A DNA stretch of 64,000 nucleotides, taken from Puccinia triticina (taxonomy: Eukaryota). The notes beneath the pieces were generated by a model. That model worked only from the letters and a program-made list of their open reading frames with translations. It did not search any database and was not told where the DNA came from. This document shows, piece after piece, positions 1 through 10,866 of this stretch (the first letter of the stretch is position 1; the number at the start of each line of letters is the position of its first letter). The DNA is taken from NCBI GenBank assembly GCA_026914245.1, contig CP110440.1, forward strand, positions 3,720,001 to 3,784,000, in the 5' to 3' direction. The position numbers and the translations under genes were made by a program.

Positions 1-1210
1 TTCTCACTCATGGTGTGTTGAAGTATCTAATTATCCCTAAAATTTGTCTATTTCCCCCAAACTAAAATTCTGTGTAGGTAAATGGGAAATTACAAAGTTA
101 TACGTAGCAAAAGCCTGATATTTATAAGAATTACAATTCTGAGGCACTGGTACATCCAATTCATACCACAGTGCTCCTTTTTCTGTTGGGTGCAATTTTA
201 ATCTTCATTATATTTCACATTGGAAATGGATCCTTGGTTGCCAGAACATGACAGTGACTAATTTACATGAAAATCATCAAGCATTTTGCTTGAAATGTGC
301 TGCCATGGAAATTTCCCATTGCTATTTAAATTTCAGAATCAAATCAAATCTGAGAAACTCATTGTGCCAAAAACCTTCTCTCATTTTGTGTTGAAATCAT
401 AATTAAATCATTGTAATTTTGAGTTTGGGGGTACATTGGGTAGTTTTAACACCAATCAAATAGTTTTTCAGTTTTAATCCAGTCTGTTGAAGATGCTTTC
501 CTGAATTTATGTTTTGTATGGAGATTTGAAAAAGGAAACTGCCAAAAATTGGTGGTATTTTTTTCTCACTGGGCAATGCAGCAGATTCTGACAGTGTTTC
601 AGCGATATATCTATTTCAACCAAAATCATTTTTGGTTGAATTGGCCACTTGTGAATTGCGCTCCCAAATAATTGGGATTGAAGTTTGATTGGAGCATTTT
701 ACACAGCTTCTTTTTTATGGCCTGTTGCACATACTGAATCATTATAAATAAAATTATATGACTGTAGTCTTTATGTATCATCTGAATTTTATTTTTCTCT
801 TAAATTCTACTTATATTTCAATTGCAGCCAATTTGTGATTCTTGATCAGTTTAGGTTCTAGTTTACTTCGGCAAGAATCTTATAACACTATTGCTATAAG
901 TTGTGGATCAGCTCAGAAGTAATTCAAGAGTAGCTCCAATTGTGTTTTGGTGGATCCCAGTTGATATCCAAATGAATTCCAGAGGAGTTCTGGAGGATTT
1001 CATGTTGAGTTCCACATGGATTTTGGGTAATTTCTGGAGGATTTTGGCCAAAGTTCCAAATAAGTTCCACAACAGTTCCAGAATTTATCCTCATATTTCA
1101 TACTATGATTACTCAAGGCATCCAGCACAGTTACATAAAAAGGGTATGGTATGGCACTCTCTGGAGAGTGTGTCAAAGTCTCCCCTGGTGAGAGCGAGTA
1201 AAAGGAATAG

Positions 1211-1282
1211 TGCAGACAGGGGGAATCAAACCCGCATCTCCCCGATGCATGCTGGGTTGCTCTACCGTTGAGCTATATCCAC
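1211..1282 (-). pseudogene. Degenerate tRNA-like sequence (Ala-TGC-like); pseudo-tRNA or SINE/TE-derived
   Basis: The minus strand reads GTGGATATAGCTCAACGGTAGAGCAACCCAGCATGCATCGGGGAGATGCGGGTTTGATTCCCCCTGTCTGCA (72 nt). It has an A-box (TAGCTCAACGG) and a B-box GGTTTGATTCC (C>T relative to GGTTCGATTCC). The acceptor stem has three G-T pairs and the anticodon stem is poor. Confidence 0.6.
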
Positions 1283-2122
1283 AGGTGTGAGGTGTACCAA
1301 CATATACTACCTCTACAACCCACAGATTCAATTTATGTTGGATTTTACACCACATAGGACCGGATAACTGAATGACATCTAGGCAAACTGGATAAAGTAA
1401 CTTCCCATTGTTGCCGGGCAGGAGCACTCCCTTATATGGGGCCCCACAGTCCCATGGCTCTGCATGGTACTAAATCACTTGCCAACTTTTTTTACATTTT
1501 CCATGAGGGGAGCTCAGATGGGTGGTTGTGCAAGGATTGTGAGCCTGTGCCTCTTATATGACAGCAGGACACAAGAAATATGGTTGGGTACTGCTTGAAT
1601 TTCTTGGGATAAAGAAATAACAAACAGTAAGAGAGAAAGAGAGAGAAAGAAAGAGATGATCTGAGTTATGATAATCAAGGTTCTTTTGACCTGTAGGTGG
1701 GAACTAACATCCACTAGCAATGCTACTCCTTAAGGGAGTGCTGCCAAGCTGTGCCTGAGATTGCAACAGCCTCTTCTCACAATGGAAATGTGGAAGGTAA
1801 CTAAATTAGACAAGTCTAATCAGCCACATTTTTTAGACTTCTCTGTGGATAGTCAAGGTTCTTTAAAGGGAAACCTATGTGGTTTGTTACTGAAAAAAAC
1901 CACAGAAAAAGAAGGATATGCAATCAGAGGGATCCTTGGGATAAGAGGTCTGGATATATGATTACCTGTGATCAAAAGAGAAGAGAAAATTCAAACAGGG
2001 GGAGAAGCAGTCAAGAGAAACAGATTTCACTCTGGATAAATAAGGTCAGTCGGAGAGGAAACTTACTGTCAATATCTGGTGTTTATACTGGGAGCTAAGC
2101 GGCCTCTGTGGGTGATCCTGGG

Positions 2123-2861
2123 CAGGGCATAGCACGGTGTTATGTGATGTGTTTTTTGGGCCACTTGAATACTGATTTGTTGAATATTTGAGTATTCAGA
2201 GATATTCAATGTAAAAACTTCCAAAGTACATCCAAAACACCAAAAAATCACATTTTTTGTGTTTTTGACTTATTTTTGGCCCATTTCTGAGACATATAGT
2301 TTTGAGGGGGTCATCCGTCAAAAATATCATGGTGCCAAAGGTGCTTATAATATTTCCCTAGTCATATCTCATAATGGCGGATGCACTATTCAGAGTGCCA
2401 GACGCACTTTTGATAGTGCCGGACGCAATTTTAATAGTGGTGGACACACTTTTCATAGTGACAGACGCACTTTTAATAGTGACGGACGCACTTTTCATAG
2501 TGACGGACGCACTTGTGACAGTGGCGGACTCACTATTCAGAGTGCCGGACACACTTTTGGTAGTGGCGGACGCACTTTTCATAGTGGCAGACAAACCTTT
2601 TGTAGTGGCAGACACACTTTTCAAAGTGCCAGAGGCAGTTTTTTTTTGTGTTGCACCAAAGGGGCTGGTATAGGGCCTGTGCAAGCTTATCTGGGGCCTT
2701 TGGGCCCCAGAGAAGCTTGCATTGGCCCTCTACGCACCCCTTTGAGCTATTATTTGAATTTTTTCAAATATTTGAGCTTAAATTTTCCCAGGCATTATTT
2801 GACTTGGATCAAATTCAAATAGAAATACTGGAATCGATTCAATTTGATGTGCTATGCCCTG
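2123..2861. mobile_element. Non-autonomous hAT-like element inserted in the solo LTR
   Basis: 13-bp TIR CAGGGCATAGCAC / GTGCTATGCCCTG. The 8-bp TSD ATCCTGGG (2115-2122) / ATCCTGTG (2862-2869) matches at 7 of 8 positions. Confidence 0.8.
2374..2635. repeat. 21-bp tandem minisatellite inside the hAT element
   Basis: About 12 copies of a unit close to GACGCACTTTTCATAGTGRCG. The repeat generates 7-aa periodic ORFs in several frames. Confidence 0.85.
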
Positions 2862-3404
2862 ATCCTGTGGTTTGTCCTGAAGGTGTTCTGTGGTCCTGGT
2901 TGGCTGGTTGTCTGGTGTATGAAGTCTATGGATCCTCCAGCTGCATGGGGGATCCTGACTTCAAAAATTTTCAAAGTTGGATGACATAATCACACATGTA
3001 CATGTGGTTTGGAGCGCTCAGGCGCGACTACACAGCGCCGCTCCGCATGTGTGTCACAAACCACAAACTCTATGAAGGAGTAGAGATATTGGAAATTTAT
3101 GAGTGAACACTAGGGTCAGAATTGTATGAGAATTTAGAATATGAAATCAAAACAACCTTATGTCTTCATGTTAAAAAGATGTGAACACATTTAGGTATAA
3201 AATGGAGATAAAAGGCAGTTTTAGGTCAACTGTCTTGACTCTAAGGCTGACAAGGATGGGTATGTTCATGATGCTCATGGCTTATTGCCCAAAAAATGAA
3301 ATCAAAGCGCAATTATCCATTTGTTTTCTACACCACGGGTGCACTAAGCTGTCCCAAGGCCAGCACACTGCGCAAAAACCCCAGGAAAGCAAAACAAATG
3401 CACA

Positions 3405-6400
3405 CGATACAGTCCCGTCGCAGATCAGCTATCAGCACTGACTGATCCCGGTCTACAATCTTGGTGAGGAAAAGATTGGAGCCAGGGCGCGGGATTGACC
3501 AGACTAAGTACATGCGGTTAAACCTAACCGGGGGAAGATTCCCCGGTCTCACCGACTAGGTTTTAACTTTTAGTTCTAAGTACATGAGTATGTGTTTGTA
3601 ATCTTGCTTGTACCGTACTACACCAACACCCCCCCCCCCCAAGATTGCAAACACTACCCGCCTACACCAAGCTGATCCAGGGCCCCTTTCATTTTTGTTG
3701 GCCCAAGCCTTTTTGTCAGCACATCCGCCAGTTGGTTGTGTGTGCTTGTCCACAAGATGTTGATCTTGTTTTCCCAAATTAAATCATTGACGAAATAAAA
3801 GGCCCAACGGAGATACTTAGTTTTCTTTTTTGAATTATGATCCGTCGCAATGAGAATCGCCGCTTCATTGTTGCAGTGCATCAACAGTTGAGGTTGGTAG
3901 TTTAGTTCTTCAAATATTTTGAGCAAATACGCCAGCTGTTGTGCGCCTTCCAATAGTGCTAGATATTTGGCTGCACAAGTCAACATTGCCACCACCGTCT
4001 GCCGCTTTGACCCCCATGCGATGCTGTTTCCATCATGGGTCAGCAGATAACCAGTTTTAAACTGTATGTGTTCGCCTCCCCAATTTGTATCCGTCCACAA
4101 GTGAAGTCCCCCCGATCCCGCCTTGAAAACCAACGCCTTGTCCACCGTCCTCGCCAAATACCCAATCAACCAATCCAACGCCGTCCAGTGGTCCTCCAAA
4201 GGTGTTGCGCAAAACCGCGCCAACAGATTGACTGCATAGGCAATGTCCGGGCGCGTCCCGCAAGCCAAGTACATCAACAATCCAATGACAGATCTGAAGT
4301 TTGTCTGGTCTACCACATCACACGCTGAAGTTTTGAGATCTGCTTCAGGCAGCGGGCAATGGTGTCCGTATGTCTTCCGTTGGTAGGTCTGCACAATTTG
4401 GTTTGCCATCAGAGATTGATTCAGCTTTAGATGGGCGCTGTCCCAAACAAAATCAATACCAACAAGTAGTTGAACATTATTCGACCACTTGATTTCCAGC
4501 TGTGATTCCATGCCTTTGCGCAATTCATCCAGCAGGGTGACGTGAGACAAGAGAGCAAAACCGTCATCCATGTGTAGCCAGATAATGATGAAACTGTTGC
4601 CGCGCCGGAACAGGTAGAGTGAGGGTTCCATTTCACTAGCTTCAAAACCAAGGGAGCCAAAAGTCTTCTGGAAAAATTTCCACCAGCACCGCGCAGCTTG
4701 CTTGGTGCCATAGAGTGCCTTCTTCAGCTTCATTACCTTCCCCTTGAGTGAGGGAGTGATCTCAACCGGAGGTTGTATATACACCTCTTCCTGAATAGGA
4801 CTGTAAAGGTAAGCCGAGCTGACCTCGAAGGTGGCCGTTGCAAACTTGTTTGATATGGCAATAGAGATGAGCAATCTGAGGGTGTTGAGTGAAGCAGTTG
4901 GCGCATATGTTTCGTTGTAATCGAGACCCATCTGCTGATTGAATCCCTTAGCTACATCTCGCGCGTGGTACTTGTCAACAGTGCCATCTGGCTTTTGCTT
5001 GATGGAGAACACCCACCGGGCACCTAGGGCCTTGCAACCTTTAGGCGCCGTCGTCGGGATCCACACTTCGAGTTGTCCAAACTTCATCATCTCATACTCA
5101 GCCGCCACTCGCCAAAGATCTCCATCCGGTCCTGATAACGCCTGCTTGATGTTCTTAGGGAGATTATGCTCTTCATCCGTTGACAGCAATCCCATCTGAC
5201 GCTGTTCTTCTTCCACGATCTCGGCCGTTTTTTCTTCTCCAAGTTTCAGCATGATTTGCTTAAGAATCAGGTCAACTTGGGATTCTTGGTCTGCTTCCGG
5301 CGGTGCCACAAGGTCCGGGGAAGGTTGAGTGTGAGATTTCTCAACAGGTAGGTTCTGAAAATCCGGGAATGTCACAGAGGCCAAGTGCACCATTTGTTGT
5401 TCACTCGGTACCCAGAACAACCAACCTGAGCCGGACGTTGGATAGCCTAACAGTTGACCCTCCCTTGCGCGTTCATCAAGCTTCTTGCGCCTTTCTTTTG
5501 GAATGTGAATAATCGCCCGTGCCCCAAAAGGATATAAAGTTTCAGCAATTGGTTTGACTTTATAGAGTATCTCAAGGGGTGATTTTTCTCCAGTCCGGGT
5601 ATTGGGAATCCTGTTATGGAGATGCGCAACAGTCAAGTATGCAAAACTCCACCAGATCAACGGCAGCTTGCTCAAATGCAACAATATGGTTCGGGCCATG
5701 TCACCAAGAGTTTGGTTGACATGTTCAGCTTCTCCATTTTGAGAGGGAGAGTACGGTGTTACTGGCGCCAGCGTTGTACCTATTGCCTCTAGTTGCGGTT
5801 TGAGACTCTTGGTGTACTCCAGGGTGTTGTCACAGCGGAGATAGGAGGGTACTTTTCCAAGGGCCGTCTTCAAGTGGCGTATCCAGCCCATGATTTTCTC
5901 CGGTACCTTGCTTCGGTTCGCCATTGGAGCACAGAAAGTGTACGTGGTCGCGTGGTCGCGTAAAGTCACTAGGTACCTGCGGCCGTTTATATCCAGATTA
6001 AGAGGTCTAATTACGTCAGAGACACAAAATTCCAGTGGATTGTCTCTTGGATTTTGAGTTTTCATCCCTAGTGCTTTCTTGTCCATGCTCTTGGACTTAG
6101 CGCACTGCCTGCAGAAGAAAGGTTTCCAGGTGATTTTCTTCTCCGGGTAGTTGATGCAAAGAAAATCCTTTACAACTTGGTCGGAGACGTGGCCAAGGCG
6201 CACGTGCCAGATGTAGGACTCAAATGATGGGGACTCTGAAACTTTCTTTGATTGCAACAAAGCACTGGTTTTGAGCGACCAGCAGTAGTTATGGAAGATC
6301 TTCTCATAACTATTATTACAGGGATCAAATACAGTTGCTTGAGTACCGTTATAAACTAGTTTCCAACCTTCAGCTAACAATCTACCAGTTGAGAGAATGA

Positions 6401-8406
6401 TTCCATTGACGCCAGGACAGTTATAGATGTCGTTAATGACTAGGGGACCCTTCGGAGTCGGGATTGTCACACTGCCGGATTCAGATACCGTCACGTTGCA
6501 GTCAGAGACAGCCAGATAGAACGTATGGGGACTCGTCAGCTTCTTATTCACTTTGAAGAGGGGCAAGTCACCGCTTACGTGAGCTGAAGCACCAGAGTCT
6601 AGGAGCACTCCGTCAGACACTTCTGGGATATTGACTTGTCTGAGTTGGTTACCAGAGCCCTCAGGTTGCAATGGTGGCCGGTATTTTGAGTTCTTGGACT
6701 TGTAGTTGGCATCCGGCGGACTGATCTTTCTGGTTGCAACGTCCTTCCAAAAATGGGCGCAGTCGGGATACCAGTGACCCAAGTCACCGCAGTAGAAGCA
6801 ATGATCTCCATGCTTCTCAACTAGGGAATTGGATTGACCTTTTCCTTTAAAATGGGTCGCTTTGTCAACAGAGAACTGCGGTTGGCCCCGTACAGGTTGT
6901 TGAGGGCCACAACGTTGAGGGGCCACATAGCGTGGTTGAGACTGCAATGCCTGAATGCGGTCAAGCTCCATTGCCATTGGGTTGATGTTTGGTGCTCCAG
7001 GGAGAGTGAGGGTTGCTCCAGTCTTGTTGCGGAGCTTGTTTGCCGCAAATTGGACTATAGTCAGGACATCATCGAAGGGTGGGGCCTCCTTCTCATTCAA
7101 CTGTTGACTTATGGTGAACTCAAAAGTCATCGGCTTGACTCCAATGGGTGGCTTGTAGTAGGACTGAAGTAAGATTCTGAGTACTTCATCCCAGGTCACT
7201 TTCAGCTGCGACAGTTCTGACTTGAGTTTTTCCCAGACGGACGTGGTCGCATTGGTTGCGGGGGCCGGATTATTAATCAGAGCAACCAACTCGTTAAGGA
7301 GGTCAATCTTCCATCTCCTATCTGACCAAGAGAACTTTGTCTTGAGGAGATCAAACACCGCCTTTGGCGCCGTTAGTTTGGCAGCATCAAGAATATCACC
7401 TAACGAGTCCACGACGGTGTTACGCATAAGACATACAACCATAGAAGCCTCGTTGACGGTGAGGGAGTCAAAATTTGCAGGCTGGTCGGTGAATGGGAGC
7501 TCCCGAACCAGGGCATGGCGGATTGTGCAATCCAAGGCCGTCTCCCAGGCGGGGAAGTTGGTGCCTTTGTAGACTAGGATTGGTTTTTGGGGATTGAGCT
7601 GGTTGTGGACCTGGGGAGGATTGCTAATGAAAGATTCCATTATCTTTTCCTGACAAGTCCAAGGACGATAGGGAGCAACCGGGGCAACTTGGGCTTGTAA
7701 CTGATTGTTACGGAGGTCAGCAATTTCTTGATGCAAGTCGTTGAAATGTTGCCTTGCCTGAGCCGGGGTGAGATCTGCTTCCATCTCGTTGCTTGATGAG
7801 GGGGATGAGGGAATGGTAAAGGTGTTGGTGGGAGGGATAGGATGTTGGGAAGTCAATGGTTGGGGTGGTGGTGGGTTCAAAATTTGTGATCTTCGCTTAT
7901 CGATCTCTTCCTCACAATTTTTGTTCTTTAATTCTTCTTCAATGGTTTTTAATCTTTCCTTCTTCTTCTCAATCCAGTTCATCAAGGACCGGACAGTGAC
8001 TCTGGGATTTGCAGTGCACTTTGAGAGCCGGCTTTTAACCTATAAGATGCCGTATGGGTTTGGCAAATGGGAAACTGGTTGATACAGTCCCGTCGCAGAT
8101 CAGCTATCGGCACTGACGGATCCCGGTCTCCAATCTCGGTAATAGATTGCATGTGGAACAGGGAGAAAACAACATACCTGGTCAATACAGTCCTGTCGCA
8201 GATCAGCTATCAGCACTGACTGATCCCGGTCTACAATCTTGGTGAGGAAAAGATTGGAGCCGGGGCGCGGGATTGACCAGACTAAGTACATGCGGTTAAA
8301 CCTAACCGGGGGAAGATTCCCCGGTCTCACTGACTAGGTTTTAACTTTTAGTTCTAAGTACATGAGTATGTGTTTGTAATCTTGCTTGTACCGTACTACA
8401 CTAACA
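3405..8406 (-). mobile_element. Ty1/Copia LTR retrotransposon with a truncated 3' LTR
   Basis: The 5' LTR spans ~8041-8406 (starts TGTTAG on minus). The 3' LTR remnant at 3405-3628 (starts TGTTGG) is near-identical. A G12 polypurine tract lies at 3629-3640 and a PBS-like GGTTAAAAGCC sits next to the 5' LTR. The element has a single gag-pol ORF. Confidence 0.95.
3654..7985 (-). CDS. Copia Gag-Pol polyprotein (Gag, protease, integrase, RT, RNase H), 1443 aa
   Basis: Zinc knuckle CFYCGDLGHWYPDC and protease LLDSGAS. Integrase WHVRLGH...CRQC with D-D-E residues (SDVI, RCDN, NGEAE). RT KLKKALYGTKQA and WLHMDD. RNase H region TRPDIAYAV and QLADVLTK. Integrase lies before RT, the Copia order. Confidence 0.95.
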   Translation of the reverse strand: MMNWIEKKKERLKTIEEELKNKNCEEEIDKRRSQILNPPPPQPLTSQHPIPPTNTFTIPSSPSSSNEMEADLTPAQARQHFNDLHQEIADLRNNQLQAQVAPVAPYRPWTCQEKIMESFISNPPQVHNQLNPQKPILVYKGTNFPAWETALDCTIRHALVRELPFTDQPANFDSLTVNEASMVVCLMRNTVVDSLGDILDAAKLTAPKAVFDLLKTKFSWSDRRWKIDLLNELVALINNPAPATNATTSVWEKLKSELSQLKVTWDEVLRILLQSYYKPPIGVKPMTFEFTISQQLNEKEAPPFDDVLTIVQFAANKLRNKTGATLTLPGAPNINPMAMELDRIQALQSQPRYVAPQRCGPQQPVRGQPQFSVDKATHFKGKGQSNSLVEKHGDHCFYCGDLGHWYPDCAHFWKDVATRKISPPDANYKSKNSKYRPPLQPEGSGNQLRQVNIPEVSDGVLLDSGASAHVSGDLPLFKVNKKLTSPHTFYLAVSDCNVTVSESGSVTIPTPKGPLVINDIYNCPGVNGIILSTGRLLAEGWKLVYNGTQATVFDPCNNSYEKIFHNYCWSLKTSALLQSKKVSESPSFESYIWHVRLGHVSDQVVKDFLCINYPEKKITWKPFFCRQCAKSKSMDKKALGMKTQNPRDNPLEFCVSDVIRPLNLDINGRRYLVTLRDHATTYTFCAPMANRSKVPEKIMGWIRHLKTALGKVPSYLRCDNTLEYTKSLKPQLEAIGTTLAPVTPYSPSQNGEAEHVNQTLGDMARTILLHLSKLPLIWWSFAYLTVAHLHNRIPNTRTGEKSPLEILYKVKPIAETLYPFGARAIIHIPKERRKKLDERAREGQLLGYPTSGSGWLFWVPSEQQMVHLASVTFPDFQNLPVEKSHTQPSPDLVAPPEADQESQVDLILKQIMLKLGEEKTAEIVEEEQRQMGLLSTDEEHNLPKNIKQALSGPDGDLWRVAAEYEMMKFGQLEVWIPTTAPKGCKALGARWVFSIKQKPDGTVDKYHARDVAKGFNQQMGLDYNETYAPTASLNTLRLLISIAISNKFATATFEVSSAYLYSPIQEEVYIQPPVEITPSLKGKVMKLKKALYGTKQAARCWWKFFQKTFGSLGFEASEMEPSLYLFRRGNSFIIIWLHMDDGFALLSHVTLLDELRKGMESQLEIKWSNNVQLLVGIDFVWDSAHLKLNQSLMANQIVQTYQRKTYGHHCPLPEADLKTSACDVVDQTNFRSVIGLLMYLACGTRPDIAYAVNLLARFCATPLEDHWTALDWLIGYLARTVDKALVFKAGSGGLHLWTDTNWGGEHIQFKTGYLLTHDGNSIAWGSKRQTVVAMLTCAAKYLALLEGAQQLAYLLKIFEELNYQPQLLMHCNNEAAILIATDHNSKKKTKYLRWAFYFVNDLIWENKINILWTSTHNQLADVLTKRLGPTKMKGALDQLGVGG

Positions 8407-8939
8407 ATTAGAAGGAGCAATATTTCTCCCCGGGCCCGGCAGGCCAAGACACCTTCCGCCGTCCAGCGGGCCAATACACATAGCTTCTGTCTGCCTGGAG
8501 CAGCCTTCCTTGGCTAGCTGGTACAGACTGCTCCATAGTGGAGTCCTTCCCAATGTGCAGGAACTCACCAAAGAACACTCATCCCAGTGTAGATCAGGTG
8601 TACCTGCTGGCCAAGCTGCAGATTCTGGATGATTGACTGTTGCTGATTTGTCCTTGCAACTGCCTCTCTTTTCGGAATTAGAGAAGTTTTATTCAATTCC
8701 TCGCCAGTGGGCAGCTGTGGAGCAGGGGGGGTAATGTGATAGGCCATTCGCAACAGTTACTCATTGTGCTGATCTCATGGCAGCCCGGGGACGGCTGCCC
8801 AGCTTGCGTGACGGCTACGGAGCAGTCGCATCCCAGAGTTGGCTGAGGTGGGGCGGTTACCTCCACGGTGTATGTCTTTTTTTTTTCCGAGGCCCGACAA
8901 CTAAGGGTGATTGGCCGAATGAAGAATTGCTTAGGGTAT

Positions 8940-9623
8940 TCAACCCAGCTCGGAAGCAGGAGAGCTTTTCTGCTGGTCATCCGAGGGAAGATCCTGGAGA
9001 GGGTCGGAGTCAGCGTCGCCCAACTTCATCATCTCGACCAAATAATTGACGCATTGCTCTCGAATAGGGATCTGGTCTGCATGTTGCTTTTCGTCGTTTG
9101 ACGGCAGATCTTTGTTGGCGGAAGGGGGTAGGTTATTGATAGAGCCCATCGCCTCGCTCATCGCACTCATCCCCCGGCCGTTCACTTGGCATATCTGCTC
9201 GGTCGTCAGCCGGGGACAGAGTAGCTTTAGGATCGGGAGATGATGGTTCATCGCCGCCCAATGAAGCGGTGTGTTACTGGCAGGTGGCAGATTCGCTCGG
9301 TGCAGTGAACTTGGCTTCTCTAGATTTTCCACAAGGTACTGGACGACATCTAGATCGGTGGGGGACGAGGAAAGACGAATCAAAATGAAAAACGATCCAA
9401 AAAAAAAATGAAGGAAAGAACTTGTAGAAGCTTTCTTGCCTTCGTGACCGTTGGCAGCAGCCATATGCAAGCAACTGTTTCCGCGCTCGTCCAGATAATC
9501 ACTTAAGGGAGGGACCCCAAACCGACGCACGAACTCCCGAACGTCGTCCAGATCTCCATATCGACAAGACAAGATCAAGTCTTCGAGTTCCTCGTTCGAT
9601 GGGGTACTGAGAGCCAGTGCCAT
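8940..9623 (-). CDS. Ankyrin-repeat protein, Yar1-like (2 exons; likely intron 9439-9350)
   Basis: Motifs LILSCRYGDLDDV, GNSCLHMAAANGH and NTPLHWAAMNHHL. The size and N-terminal motif resemble Yar1. Removing a 90-nt pyrimidine-rich segment restores GHEDVVQYL. Confidence 0.75.
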   Translation of the reverse strand: MALALSTPSNEELEDLILSCRYGDLDDVREFVRRFGVPPLSDYLDERGNSCLHMAAANGHEGKKASTSSFLHFFFGSFFILIRLSSSPTDLDVVQYLVENLEKPSSLHRANLPPASNTPLHWAAMNHHLPILKLLCPRLTTEQICQVNGRGMSAMSEAMGSINNLPPSANKDLPSNDEKQHADQIPIREQCVNYLVEMMKLGDADSDPLQDLPSDDQQKSSPASELG

Positions 9624-10866
9624 GCCGAAAATGGTTGTTGTCCGCTGGGTATGTACAGTGGCTGCGCCAAAACTTTTGGCGCGCGGTAGAAATGAGTGAC
9701 ATCCCAGGTACATATGAGGTTCACTAGGGATGCATATCTCCCGCGCATCTTGCCGAGCTGAGCATCGAGCTTAACAAAGCCTCTCGAACGGGGGTCCCTA
9801 CGAGCTTAACCAAGCCTCTCTGGAGGAGAGCCCCGCAGGGTCTCTGTCTCACAGAGAGGCTTGCCCCCAAGCCACCGATTTTGGCGTGAGAGCTGACAAG
9901 CCTGGGGCCCAACCAACCCCCATTTTTCCTTTGATCCATATATCTCACACCCATTTTTTGCTCAATAGGGACATGAGTGGTGCGGCCTTGTAGGCTAGCT
10001 TCTTGCGCAGGCAGCCATCCACTAATCAGCTTTTTATCCCCCCAGCTGGCCGCTGAACAACCTTGCAAATTCACTGCTGAGCTTGCTCCAACAAATCAAG
10101 GTTTTTTCCAACTCCTGTACATCAAGCATACCAATATAAATATTATGCATTGATCATGAATTGAGAAGTGAACTTGTTCAAACATATGCATTTTCATGTA
10201 ATTACAAGCAGAAAATACTGCTTCCATGCACTTACCATAGATGCAGAAGTGTACAATCATTCCCAGAATCTTGGAAGCTTGATTTTACCAGCTTTGTAAA
10301 TTCAAGACCTTTCAAGATAAAAATATGTGGCCTATGTAGGTTTGAAGGCCAGATGCCACCATAGATGTTTGCTCAGCACTTGCGTGCAAGTGCCTTCACC
10401 CCTCTCTTTAGGAACCCTTTAAGATCTCTTGCAGAACTTGACACCAATTTATGCGTAATTTTGGATTGAATTTATGCTCAAGTGTGTCTGAATTGATGCT
10501 GAATCTTGTATGAATTCATGTTGGACATGGTTTCATATCAACCTGATATCCACCCCAACTGGACTATTTGAGTAATTGTATCTTTTCCAGAACCTGTGTT
10601 CATCTGCATTGTAAAGAAATCTACATTTCTTGGCAGAAACCAGAGTTTTATTGATGTCATGATATAAATATATTTTCATTGATCATGTGCTTATTATGCT
10701 GTCCACACTGCTCAAAATGTGTTTTCATATATGAAAAACAAAACTTTTGGCTTGGTAGATATACCTTTGTGATGAAAATGCATAAATTCAATGAAGCTTC
10801 TTTCTGTTTTTATCACTTGAGATATTTATAGACTTGTGGAAAAAAATTAACATAGTGGATACTTAT

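Larger units (their letters stand above)
1538..3252 (-). mobile_element. Solo LTR (~968 bp without the nested hAT element)
   Basis: TG...CA termini with a short imperfect inverted repeat (TGTCAGCC ... GGCTCACA on the minus strand). The 5-bp TSD AGGAT lies at 1533-1537 and 3253-3257. It is homologous to the split LTR at 23207-45661. Confidence 0.88.

Noticed and set aside
2259..2822. ORFs with 7-aa repeats in three frames
   Set aside because: They are a by-product of the 21-bp minisatellite inside a non-autonomous hAT element.
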